Part shown: in pieces, positions 8,999 through 17,432 of the stretch
How the letters are laid out: each line of letters begins with the position of its first letter
How positions within the stretch are numbered: position 1 is the stretch's first letter
Assembly: GCA_022072505.1 (NCBI GenBank)
Contig: JAJVHU010000010.1
Span: 174,170 to 238,169 of the forward strand
DNA: 64,000 bases
Direction: 5' to 3'
DNA from: Phycisphaerae bacterium
Lineage (GTDB): Bacteria > Planctomycetota > Phycisphaerae > UBA1845
Position numbers and translations under genes: made by a program
The notes under the pieces: generated by a model
Databases searched by the model: none
Seen by the model: only the letters and a program-made list of their open reading frames with translations
Told to the model about the DNA's origin: nothing

Positions 8999-10356
8999 GG
9001 GACCGGCCGCCGGGCAGGAGGGGCATCTTCGCCGTGGACGCTTCAACAACGCGATCGTCGCAGCGCCTCGACGGCCGTTTCGTCAGCCTCAACCTGAACG
9101 TGCGCGGGATGGGGCCGTCCGCGACGCTGGCGATCAAGGAGCGCTGCCGCGCGCTGCGCGCGCAAGGCCGGCGCATTTACGACTTCGGACTGGGGCAGTC
9201 GCCCTTCCCCGTGCCGACGTCGGTCGTCGAAGCCCTGCGCCGCGCCGCGCACGAGAAGGACTATCTTCCGGTGAAGGGACTTCCGGCCCTGCGCGAAGCC
9301 GTCGCCGAGTTTCACCGTCGGAAGGAAGGCGTTCCGGCGCAGGCGGAGCACGTGTTGATCAGTCCGGGCTCGAAGGAGCTGATGTTTCTGCTGCAGCTTG
9401 TGTTTTACGGCGAGATCATCCTGCGCACGCCGTGCTGGGTGTCGTATCTGCCGCAGGCGCAGATCATCGGGCGGCGCGTCACGCTGATCCCGACGACCTT
9501 CGAGGGCGGGTGGAAGATCACGCCGGAGAACCTGATGTGGGCGCTGGTCGGAGCCAACGACGACGCGCGCCCGCGACTGCTCGTCCTGAACTACCCGATG
9601 AATCCGACGGGGCACAGTTACACGGTCGACGAGCTGCGCGACCTGGCCGGAGTCGCCAGGCGGTACAACCTCATCGTCCTGTCGGACGAGATTTACGGAC
9701 AACTGCACTTCAGGGGCGAGCACGTTTCGATCGCGCGGTTCTGCCCGGAACGAACGATCATCAGTTCGGGGCTGTCGAAGTGGTGCGGCGCGGGGGGCTG
9801 GCGGCTGGGGACGTTCACGTTTCCGCCGGATTTAAGCTGGCTGCTGGACGCGATGTCCGCGGTCGCCAGCGAGACGTACACGTCGGTTTCGGCGCCGATC
9901 CAGCACGCGGCGGTGGAGGCGTTCCGCTGCGGCGTGGAGATCGAGCGCTATTTGTGGCAGGTGCGCCGGATTCTGGCGGCGCTGGGCGCATCCTGCGCCC
10001 GGACGTTGAATGAAGGCGGCGCGCGGGTGGCGTTGCCGGTCGGCGCGTTCTACCTGTTTCCGGACTTCTCACCGCTGGCGGACCGGCTCGCGCGGCGCGG
10101 GGTGTTGACGGGCGCGGACCTGGCGGGGCGACTGCTGGACGAGACGGGCGTTGCGGTGCTTCCGGGATCGGATTTCGGACGACCGGCGGAGGAAATGACG
10201 GCGCGGCTCTCCTACGTCGACTTCGACGGCGGGCAGGCGCTGGCGGCGGGGGAGACGATCCCGCTCGATCAGGAGCTTCCGCCGGACTTCCTGTCGCAGC
10301 ATTGTCCGAACGTGCTCGAGGGCGTTCAAAGGATCGCGAGCTGGGCGGCCGGCTAG
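8995..10356 (+). CDS. Class I/II PLP-dependent aminotransferase
   Basis: Motifs IYDFGLGQSPFPVP, LNYPMNPTG and the PLP-lysine region SGLSKWCGAGGWRLG. GTG start overlaps the kamA-like stop (GTGA). Confidence 0.85.
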   Translation: MRDRPPGRRGIFAVDASTTRSSQRLDGRFVSLNLNVRGMGPSATLAIKERCRALRAQGRRIYDFGLGQSPFPVPTSVVEALRRAAHEKDYLPVKGLPALREAVAEFHRRKEGVPAQAEHVLISPGSKELMFLLQLVFYGEIILRTPCWVSYLPQAQIIGRRVTLIPTTFEGGWKITPENLMWALVGANDDARPRLLVLNYPMNPTGHSYTVDELRDLAGVARRYNLIVLSDEIYGQLHFRGEHVSIARFCPERTIISSGLSKWCGAGGWRLGTFTFPPDLSWLLDAMSAVASETYTSVSAPIQHAAVEAFRCGVEIERYLWQVRRILAALGASCARTLNEGGARVALPVGAFYLFPDFSPLADRLARRGVLTGADLAGRLLDETGVAVLPGSDFGRPAEEMTARLSYVDFDGGQALAAGETIPLDQELPPDFLSQHCPNVLEGVQRIASWAAG

Positions 10357-10567
10357 CCCGGCGTCAGCGGTTCGATAACACGAGCGCTTCCCGTATTCTC
10401 CGGGGTTTCACGTCGGGAGGGCGTGCGTCCGTGAACCGCGGGCCTCAGGAGGCGGAATTCTCGGATCCGGATCGACAGGCCACGTGAAAGGCGCTAGGAT
10501 TCATGACGACGGCGGGACGGAAGGACGTCTCGCGGCGAGGCGACGGTTGAACACGCGGGGGAAAGTC

Positions 10568-10912
10568 ATGCGGCAATCACGGCGGGCTGGGAATTCCGGG
10601 CGGGCGTGGGTGATCGTGGCGGCGGCTTTGAGCGTTGTCAGCGTTTCCGCGTTTGCGGACGACTCCGCGCGGCCCGCGCCTGTCGCGATCGTCGGCAGCG
10701 CCGTGGATGTCGTGGACGTAACGGCGGTGGACGGACCGGTCAACTTTGCGGACCCGGTGATCGAGGAGGTCATGCGGCCGTTGTACAACTCGGGCGCGGC
10801 AGGATCGGTGGATGCTCAGCAGTCTTGCGGAGCGTTCGGCGGGGCTTCGATTCCGGCGGCGTTGGCGATGTTCGCGGCGCTTTCGTGGATGAACCCTCGG
10901 CGCCGTCGGTAG
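10568..10912 (+). CDS. Small secreted protein with a C-terminal sorting-signal-like tail
   Basis: N-terminal signal peptide MRQSRRAGNSGRAWVIVAAALSVVSVSAFA. The C-terminus FGGASIPAALAMFAALSWMNPRRRR is Gly-Gly, then a hydrophobic helix, then an Arg cluster. Confidence 0.5.
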   Translation: MRQSRRAGNSGRAWVIVAAALSVVSVSAFADDSARPAPVAIVGSAVDVVDVTAVDGPVNFADPVIEEVMRPLYNSGAAGSVDAQQSCGAFGGASIPAALAMFAALSWMNPRRRR

Positions 10913-10916
10913 GCGG

Positions 10917-11120
10917 TTACTTCGGCTTGAGGACGGGCAGCGAGACGCGCCGTCCGGAGTCGACGGCCGCAGCGATCCGCGTGGACTTTGTTGCGCTGCA
11001 TCCGCCGTCGGCGCAGCCGCAACCTCGCCCTCGCAGCGCGCCAACCGCGCGATAACCGAGGTAAAGGCCTGCCGCGGCGACGGCCGCGATCACGAAACCG
11101 TCCTGAACCGTCACGATCAC
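10917..11120 (-). CDS. Small Cys-rich membrane protein (FeoB-associated Cys-rich-like architecture)
   Basis: One TM helix (FVIAAVAAAGLYLGY) followed by GCGCADGGC. Lies directly downstream of the NtrC-like gene on the same strand. Confidence 0.4.
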   Translation of the reverse strand: MIVTVQDGFVIAAVAAAGLYLGYRAVGALRGRGCGCADGGCSATKSTRIAAAVDSGRRVSLPVLKPK

Positions 11121-11171
11121 CTTTCTGAAACGCCGGCGGCGCGGGCGCGCCCGGAAAACATCCCGGCAAGG

Positions 11172-12539
11172 CTACTTCAACATTCCGAATTTCTCCAGCC
11201 GGTAGCGGAAAGCGTCGCGCCGCAGCCCGAGCAACCTCGCGGCCTGCGTCTGATTGTTTCCGCTGCGCTCCATCGCCTGCCGGATCAGCTCTCCCTCGAG
11301 CATCTTAAGATTGATCCCCTCCGGCGGAAGGGCGAAAGCCGAGCGGGAGGTCGCCGCCGCCGGGCGTCCGCCGCCGCCGACCACGATGTCGTCGCCCGTC
11401 AGCGCGTCCCCTCGGGCGAGGAGGACGGCCCGCTCGATGACGTTGCGCAGCTCGCGGACGTTGCCCGGCCAGGCGTAGGCGCAGAGCTTCCGGAAGGCGG
11501 TCTCGTCGATCTGGTGGATGTTTTTGCGAAACTCCCTGGCGAAGCGGGCGGTCATGTGCTGGGCGAGGATGCGGATGTCGTCGCCGCGTTCGCGCAGCGG
11601 CGGCAGGAGGATCGAGATGACGTTCAGCCGGTAGAAGAGGTCCTCGCGGAACTGCCCGTCGGCGATCGCCTTCTCGATGTCGCGGTTCGTCGCCGCGATG
11701 ACGCGGACGTCCACGGAGATTTCGGTCGTTCCGCCGACGCGGCGGAAGCGGCGCTCCTCGAGGAAGCGCAGGAGCTTGGCCTGAAGCCCCGGGGGCATGT
11801 CGCCGACCTCGTCAAGGAAGATCGTGCCGCCGTCGGCCATCTCGAAGAGGCCTTTCTTCTGCGCCTTGGCGTCGGTGAACGCGCCGCGTTCGTGCCCGAA
11901 AAGCTCGCTTTCCAGCAGGGTTTCGGACAGGGCGGTGCAGGTGATGTTCATGAAGGGGCGCGGGGCGCGGTCCGAGTTGTAATGAATGACGCGGGCGACG
12001 AGATCCTTCCCGGTTCCGCTCTCGCCGCGCAGGAAGATGGTCGAGGCGTTGCTTTCGGCGACGCGGCGGATGATGTCAAAAAGCTCCTTCATGCAGGCGT
12101 GTTCACCGACGATGCGCGAGACGTCGTACTCGTTCTCGATGTGCTCGCGGTAGTGGCGCACCTCACGGCGCAGCTTCGTCGTCTCCAGGGCCTTCTGGAC
12201 GGTCCGCAGAAGCTGGTCCATGTCGAACGGCTTGGTGATGTAGTCGTACGCTCCGAGCTTCATCGCATCGACCGCGCTTTCGATCGTCGAGAAGGCGGTC
12301 ATCATGATGACGACGACGTCGCTGTCGTGCTCCCGGACATGCGACAGGACGTCCAGACCGGTCATGTCGGGAAGGCGGTAATCCAGCATGATGAGGTCGT
12401 AGACGCCGCCGTTCAGGGCCTCCAGCGCCTCGGTCCCCGACTGCGCCTCGGTGACCTGGTAGCCCAGCGACTCAAACTTCTGGCGCAGCGACCAGCGGAT
12501 CAGTTGTTCATCTTCAATGATGAGAATGCGTACGTTCAT
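11172..12539 (-). CDS. Sigma-54-dependent response regulator (NtrC family)
   Basis: Receiver ILIIEDEQ...LIMLDYRLPDMTG. AAA+ Walker A GESGTGKDLVA. GAFTDA sigma-54 contact loop. C-terminal Fis-type HTH QTQAARLLGLRRDAFRYRLEKFG. Confidence 0.92.
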   Translation of the reverse strand: MNVRILIIEDEQLIRWSLRQKFESLGYQVTEAQSGTEALEALNGGVYDLIMLDYRLPDMTGLDVLSHVREHDSDVVVIMMTAFSTIESAVDAMKLGAYDYITKPFDMDQLLRTVQKALETTKLRREVRHYREHIENEYDVSRIVGEHACMKELFDIIRRVAESNASTIFLRGESGTGKDLVARVIHYNSDRAPRPFMNITCTALSETLLESELFGHERGAFTDAKAQKKGLFEMADGGTIFLDEVGDMPPGLQAKLLRFLEERRFRRVGGTTEISVDVRVIAATNRDIEKAIADGQFREDLFYRLNVISILLPPLRERGDDIRILAQHMTARFAREFRKNIHQIDETAFRKLCAYAWPGNVRELRNVIERAVLLARGDALTGDDIVVGGGGRPAAATSRSAFALPPEGINLKMLEGELIRQAMERSGNNQTQAARLLGLRRDAFRYRLEKFGMLK

Positions 12540-13740
12540 GTTGGCCTCGAATTCTTTCAGGACCGCCGCGCGGGAGTTCGACGACGGCTGTCGTGCCCCG
12601 CCCGGCTTCGCTGTGCAGGTGTAACTCTCCTCCGTGCTCCTCGACGATGCGCCGGCAGATCGACAGTCCCAGTCCGGTTCCGCGGGCCTTGGTGGTGAAG
12701 AAGGGCTCCAGCGCCCGGGCGAGGACGTCCGCCGTCATGCCCTTGCCCTGATCCTCGACGCGGAGGCGGACGCGATCGGCCCCCTCGTCGATGTGCAGGG
12801 AGATCGCCTGTCCGTTGCGCGAGGCATGCGCCGCGTTGAGCACGAGGTTGAGCACCACCTGCTCGATCTGCCCGTCGTCGGCGACGATGTTGACGTCGTG
12901 ATCCGGCGCCCGGAAGGCGAGACGCCGCCCGCTGATCGCCGGTTCCTCGCGCACAAGCGTCATCACGCGGTTCACCACCGCGCCCAGCGACACCTCTCGC
13001 AGGTGCAGCGGGCGAGGCCGGGCGTACTGGAGCAGGTCTTTCACCGTCGAGTCGAGTCGATCAATCTGCCGGAGAATCTCGACGACGATCGGGCGGTGCG
13101 GGTCGTTGTCCGGCATGTGATCGCCGATGACCTGGATTGCGCCGCTGATGCCGGCGAGCGGATTCTTGATCTCGTGGGCGAGCGACGCGGCGAGCTGGCC
13201 GAGCTCCGCGAGCTTCTCCGCCCGATCCAGGCGATCCTCCATCGTCGCCCGCTCCAACTGACGCACCCGGTCCAGGTGGCTGCGGACATAGCTCTCCAGC
13301 ATGATCGCCAGGTCCAGCATCAGCAGGCGGTTCAGCGAATCCAGCAACGGGGCGACCTCCGCGCCGCCGGCGGCAAGCAGCCGCGTGGTCAACTCGTGAC
13401 GAATCAGCTCCATCCCGAGGAACATGTAACGCTGCGGCAACTGAACACGGACGTGCGTCACGCCGACCTGAAGGCGTTTCTCGACGTACTTCAGGTCGTA
13501 AGGCCCCTCGAAGAGTTCCTTCATCCAGCCGGCAAGCTGAACCTTAAGCCGCTCGATCTGCGCCAAACCGCCGACGAACACCGCGCGAGCGCTGTCGTGA
13601 CGCATCAACTCATCGTAAAAACGCTGGACCACGGCTGAGATGAGCGGCGTCGCCATCGGGGCGAGGCTTTTGAGGTTTCGCTCATCGGCGGTTCCAAAGC
13701 CGACATATTGCTTCATCTCTTCCAGTAAAGCTGCATCCAT
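12514..13740 (-). CDS. Globin-coupled sensor histidine kinase
   Basis: N-terminal protoglobin-like domain MDAALLEEMKQYVGFGTADERNLKSL...RFYDEL...VGVTHVRVQLPQRYMFLGM. H-box LAASLAHEIKNPLAG, N-box LNLVLNAAHA, G-boxes DQGKGM and GTGLGLS. ATG at 13740 chosen over the upstream low-complexity extension. Confidence 0.8.
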   Translation of the reverse strand: MDAALLEEMKQYVGFGTADERNLKSLAPMATPLISAVVQRFYDELMRHDSARAVFVGGLAQIERLKVQLAGWMKELFEGPYDLKYVEKRLQVGVTHVRVQLPQRYMFLGMELIRHELTTRLLAAGGAEVAPLLDSLNRLLMLDLAIMLESYVRSHLDRVRQLERATMEDRLDRAEKLAELGQLAASLAHEIKNPLAGISGAIQVIGDHMPDNDPHRPIVVEILRQIDRLDSTVKDLLQYARPRPLHLREVSLGAVVNRVMTLVREEPAISGRRLAFRAPDHDVNIVADDGQIEQVVLNLVLNAAHASRNGQAISLHIDEGADRVRLRVEDQGKGMTADVLARALEPFFTTKARGTGLGLSICRRIVEEHGGELHLHSEAGRGTTAVVELPRGGPERIRGQHERTHSHH

Positions 13741-14037
13741 CGCCTGAGTATAACGGCGCAGTGAGCCTTCTGCCGCACCACCCCGAGCAGGCTCCGGCTG
13801 GGACTGGCTCTCGTCCGGGCAACCCGGCAGCAACCCCGCAGGCAATGCCTGAGGCCTCGAAGCACGCTGCCGGCGTTCAGCTTCCGTGCAAGTACGCTCC
13901 GACTTGAGCCTGGCTCTTTGATACATGTTTCCGCGTTTTTCGCCGACATCCGCTTCGGAGGACGTTGCTTGCCGCGACGCTCCGGGGAAAGTCCCAGTAT
14001 TCACCTGAAGTTCATTCAAATCGTTGTCCCGGTCAGG

Positions 14038-14053
14038 GGCACTAGCCGTGCCA
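14038..14053 (-). promoter_or_regulatory. Candidate sigma-54 (-24/-12) promoter facing the globin-kinase/NtrC operon
   Basis: Minus strand reads TGGCACGGCTAGTGCC. The TGGCACG -24 box is perfect. The GC of the -12 box is at canonical spacing, with GTGC in place of TTGC. Lies about 300 nt upstream of the ATG at 13740. Confidence 0.35.
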
Positions 14054-14584
14054 GCGGCTTGATTTCCAGGGCTGCCCTTCAAGAACCTTGCCCTCAGCCG
14101 CGCCTAAGGCACATCAATGCTTGGCGCACGGTTTATGAATGACGTGCGAGACAAGGAGTCGATCGAACCGGGCATTCCTAAGAGTGCGCCTTTTGACACA
14201 ATCAGATGAGCTGCTCGGTCCCGATCCGCGTGAATTGGCGCGGCTTTCATCGGAGCGGCGGTCAACCTTGAAGCGTAACGGCTTGGGTAGCGGGTCCGGG
14301 AGTCTCGATGTATACCAAGGCCACGGGTGCGGGTGCGCGCCCGGAGCCGATCCGTGAGATCGGCTGGGCGGCGGTTTCCTTGCAGTTTGAGGACGTGGCG
14401 GCTACGTGTTCGACCCCCGCGGCGGCAGGTTGGCTCGGATCAGGGCGGAGTTGACTGACCTATGACACGTCTGAGCGACCGCCGGGATGACGTCGATGTC
14501 GCCGCAGGGATCCCGCGGACGTCGGGATTGTGTTGCAGCAAACCCTTCAAGGGTCGAACTCCGGGGATATCAGCGCTGATCGGG

Positions 14585-16294
14585 ATGCGCGGTTTTTCCG
14601 CAACGTCCCTCGTTGCGGCGTTTTGTGTTGTCGGCGGCGCTGCGGACGCCCAGCCCCGTGAAAGAACGATCCGGGTTTTTACCGACGGGAACACGATCTG
14701 GCTTGCGCAAACCGACGTGAAGGACGGGGGGAGATCGACGCTGCGGTTCGGGGTCGCTGCGGTTCACGCGGGCGGCTGGGGAGGAGTCGAACCTTACAAC
14801 GTGACGCCGATGCAGGGTCGGATCGCGGTTGCGGCCGCCGTCGGCGACCGGCTGCACGTCATCTTTGATGACGGGAGTCATGCGTCACTTGCGGTGGGGC
14901 GTGAGGTCGGGTTCTCCAGGAGCGGCGTGGCGCGGCTGCTTCCGCAGCCGCCATCGCCGCATCGCCGGATCGGGGGCGGCGCGCTGCCGCTGCTGCTGGC
15001 GTCGGATCGCGTGCAGGACACCGTGTATGCGATCGTGGACGCGAAGACGGTGCGATCGCTTGTTGAAGGCGTCGAAGACGATCACGGCGGCCTCAAGGCG
15101 GACGGCGAGTTGATCGAGCACGCGTCCGACCGGTTCGTGCTGCTGCGTTATGCGTTCCGCGGGTGGGAGATCGACCGAGTCCTGCCGGCGGACATCGGTC
15201 CGGAGGACCGACTTGAAGCGTTGGCGGCGCGCGACGGAAGGTGCGCGGTCTACTATCGGAAAAGGGAGCGGGGCGCGCTGGTCGAGGCCTTAAGCGGCGT
15301 CTCCGGCAACGATGCGTGGAGCGTGAACGACGTGGGAGGGGATCCCGTTGCGTGTGAAGTTCGATCCGCGCGGCTTGAGGCGGATCGTCGCATCCTGCTG
15401 TGTTCGGAAAGCCGCGGGGGCGCGGTCCCCGGATTGTTCATGCTGACGAACTCGGGGGAGGGGTGGGGGCAACGACTCGATCTTCAGACGCCCGGACCGC
15501 GCGAGGATGCGGTGCTGGGAGACGTTGCGCTGGGCGACCCCGGCGCACTGGGCATTTACGTGGACGCCGCAGGCGCCCTGCACACGGTTGGGTGGGATCT
15601 CGCGACCGGGAAAGCGGCCGCGGGAACGCAGCGCGTGCGCGCCTTTGAGCCGGGCCGCTCGCCGGGGTGGCGGGCGGAGCTGACACGGGTGCTGGGGCTG
15701 ATCGTGTTCCCCGCGCTGATGATGATCGTCCTTTATGCGCGGCGCGGCGCGGTGCTCGCGCCCGCGACGCCGGCGTCCGGGACGGCGCTCGCCCCGGCTT
15801 CGGCGAGAGTCGCGGCGTTTCTGATCGACGCGGCGTTGCTGGCGCCGGTGAACGCGGTGCTGGCGTACGCTTTGCTGGAGTTGCCTGCGGCGGGGGTTGC
15901 GCTGCCCGAGCTGATTGACGTGCTGGGGTCGGCGCGGCCTTTGCCGGTGGAGATGTTCGGGACGGTGGCGGCTTGCGTCGCGGCGTACTGCGTTTATTCG
16001 GCGGCATTCGAAGCGGGTTCCGGCGCGACGCCGGGCAAGCGGTTGCTGGGGCTTCGGGTGGTCCGGGTGGACGGAAGCCGGTGCGGTCCGGGTCCGGCGC
16101 TGGTGCGCAACGCGCTTCGCGTGGTCGACGTGATCTTCGCGCCCGCGCTGCTGCTGACCGTCATGACCGTCAACCGCCAGCGTCTCGGCGATATTCTGGC
16201 GGGAACGATCGTCGTCGCGGCGCTGACCGCGATGCCCCCGGCGAACCCGGCGGAATCCAGGAGAGGTCCGGACGACCCCGGGGCGTCGTCGTGA
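14585..16294 (+). CDS. RDD-family membrane protein with a large N-terminal extracytoplasmic domain
   Basis: Signal-like start MRGFSATSLVAAFCVVGGAADA. C-terminal RDD block RVAAFLIDAALL...ATPGKRLLGLRVV...NRQRLGDILAGTIVV. Confidence 0.7.
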   Translation: MRGFSATSLVAAFCVVGGAADAQPRERTIRVFTDGNTIWLAQTDVKDGGRSTLRFGVAAVHAGGWGGVEPYNVTPMQGRIAVAAAVGDRLHVIFDDGSHASLAVGREVGFSRSGVARLLPQPPSPHRRIGGGALPLLLASDRVQDTVYAIVDAKTVRSLVEGVEDDHGGLKADGELIEHASDRFVLLRYAFRGWEIDRVLPADIGPEDRLEALAARDGRCAVYYRKRERGALVEALSGVSGNDAWSVNDVGGDPVACEVRSARLEADRRILLCSESRGGAVPGLFMLTNSGEGWGQRLDLQTPGPREDAVLGDVALGDPGALGIYVDAAGALHTVGWDLATGKAAAGTQRVRAFEPGRSPGWRAELTRVLGLIVFPALMMIVLYARRGAVLAPATPASGTALAPASARVAAFLIDAALLAPVNAVLAYALLELPAAGVALPELIDVLGSARPLPVEMFGTVAACVAAYCVYSAAFEAGSGATPGKRLLGLRVVRVDGSRCGPGPALVRNALRVVDVIFAPALLLTVMTVNRQRLGDILAGTIVVAALTAMPPANPAESRRGPDDPGASS

Positions 16295-16393
16295 TCGAGA
16301 AGTTGGCGGGAGGGGGGGCGGAACGGACGCCCTGAGGCGCGATGAGGTCGGCGACCAGCGCCACGGCGACGGGGTTCGTTGAAAGGGATCGTG

Positions 16394-17374
16394 ATGCAAG
16401 CTTCGGAAGGTCGGGAATCTCGTTCCGGTCATCCGTCTGCCGCGCTGACGCCGGCGGACGCGCCGCTGCGGGCGTCCCCCGGCGGCGCGCTGCGCCCGCG
16501 GCGCAGGCGGCTGAAGTCGCTCTCGGTCCTTCCGACGCTTTTCACGCTGGGGAATCTCCTGTGCGGGTTCGCGGCGATCTACTTTGCGCTGCACGCGATG
16601 CTGGACCTCGGGGCGGGCACGGCGTCGACGGACGTGGTGACGCTGAAGCGGGCGTGGATCGAGCGGTTCCTGCCGACGTGGTTGTCGATCGGGGCGTTCA
16701 TGATCGTGCTGGGGATGATCTGCGACGGGCTGGACGGACTGGCGGCGCGGGTGACGCGGAGCACGACGGATTTCGGCGGTCAGCTCGACTCCCTGGCGGA
16801 CGTTGTGACGTGCGGCGTGGCGCCGGCGATGCTGATGATCGCGTACATGATGGCGGAGTTGCGGGGCGTCACGCTGGTGTCGCCGATCAGCGCGGATTTC
16901 TGGGGCAAGCTGGCGTGGATCAGCGCCGCGCTTTACGCCGCGTTCGCCGCGCTGCGCCTCGCCCGGTACAACGTCGAGCATGACCGCGAGGACTTTGACT
17001 ACCGCACGTTCCGCGGGCTGCCCAGCCCGGGCGCGGCGGCGATGATGGTCACGTTTCTGTTCCTGCACGATCAGCTTCCGCCGGAGTGGCGCGGGTGGAT
17101 CGTGTACGCGATTCCGGTCTTTCTGCTGGGGACGGGGTGTCTGATGGTCAGCCGGATTCCTTACCGGCGCGTGCAGGCGTTTTTCAAGGGCCGCCGCCCT
17201 TTCGGACACGTCGTCGCGTACCTGCTGCTGGCGGGTCTGCTTTTCACGTACAAGGCCGCGTTCCTGTTTCTGATCGGCGTGGTCTACGTGTTGAGCGGAC
17301 CGGTGGTCTGGGCGGTGCGGCGGCAGCGGATGAAGCACGCGCGAGCGACGGAGCCGCCGGCGGCGGTGACGTGA
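16394..17374 (+). CDS. pssA: CDP-alcohol phosphatidyltransferase (phosphatidylserine synthase-like)
   Basis: Motif DGLDGLAARVTRSTTDFGGQLDSLADVV, i.e. D-G-x2-A-R-x8-G-x3-D-x3-D. Multiple TM helices. Confidence 0.8.
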   Translation: MQASEGRESRSGHPSAALTPADAPLRASPGGALRPRRRRLKSLSVLPTLFTLGNLLCGFAAIYFALHAMLDLGAGTASTDVVTLKRAWIERFLPTWLSIGAFMIVLGMICDGLDGLAARVTRSTTDFGGQLDSLADVVTCGVAPAMLMIAYMMAELRGVTLVSPISADFWGKLAWISAALYAAFAALRLARYNVEHDREDFDYRTFRGLPSPGAAAMMVTFLFLHDQLPPEWRGWIVYAIPVFLLGTGCLMVSRIPYRRVQAFFKGRRPFGHVVAYLLLAGLLFTYKAAFLFLIGVVYVLSGPVVWAVRRQRMKHARATEPPAAVT

Positions 17375-17432
17375 GGCGGCGCCGGGCGCTGACGCGGGGT
17401 TGACGCCGCGCGGAGCGACGCCTGCGGCGCGT

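Noticed and set aside
13741-14082. N-terminal 114-codon extension of the globin-kinase ORF
   Set aside because: The extension is low-complexity and lower in GC, with no similarity to the globin domain. That domain starts cleanly at MDAALLEEMK (ATG 13740).
14113-14133. Plus-strand sigma-54-like element TGGCGCACGGTTTAT
   Set aside because: The -12 region lacks the conserved GC, and the nearest plus-strand gene starts more than 450 nt away.
14150-14185. tRNA-like T-loop (minus-strand GGTTCGATC)
   Set aside because: The flanking bases cannot form a T-stem, and no acceptor or anticodon arms can be drawn.
15290-17338. 682-aa minus-strand ORF antisense to the RDD and pssA-like genes
   Set aside because: Low-complexity Arg/Pro/Gln-rich shadow ORF that spans two real plus-strand genes and their intergenic gap.
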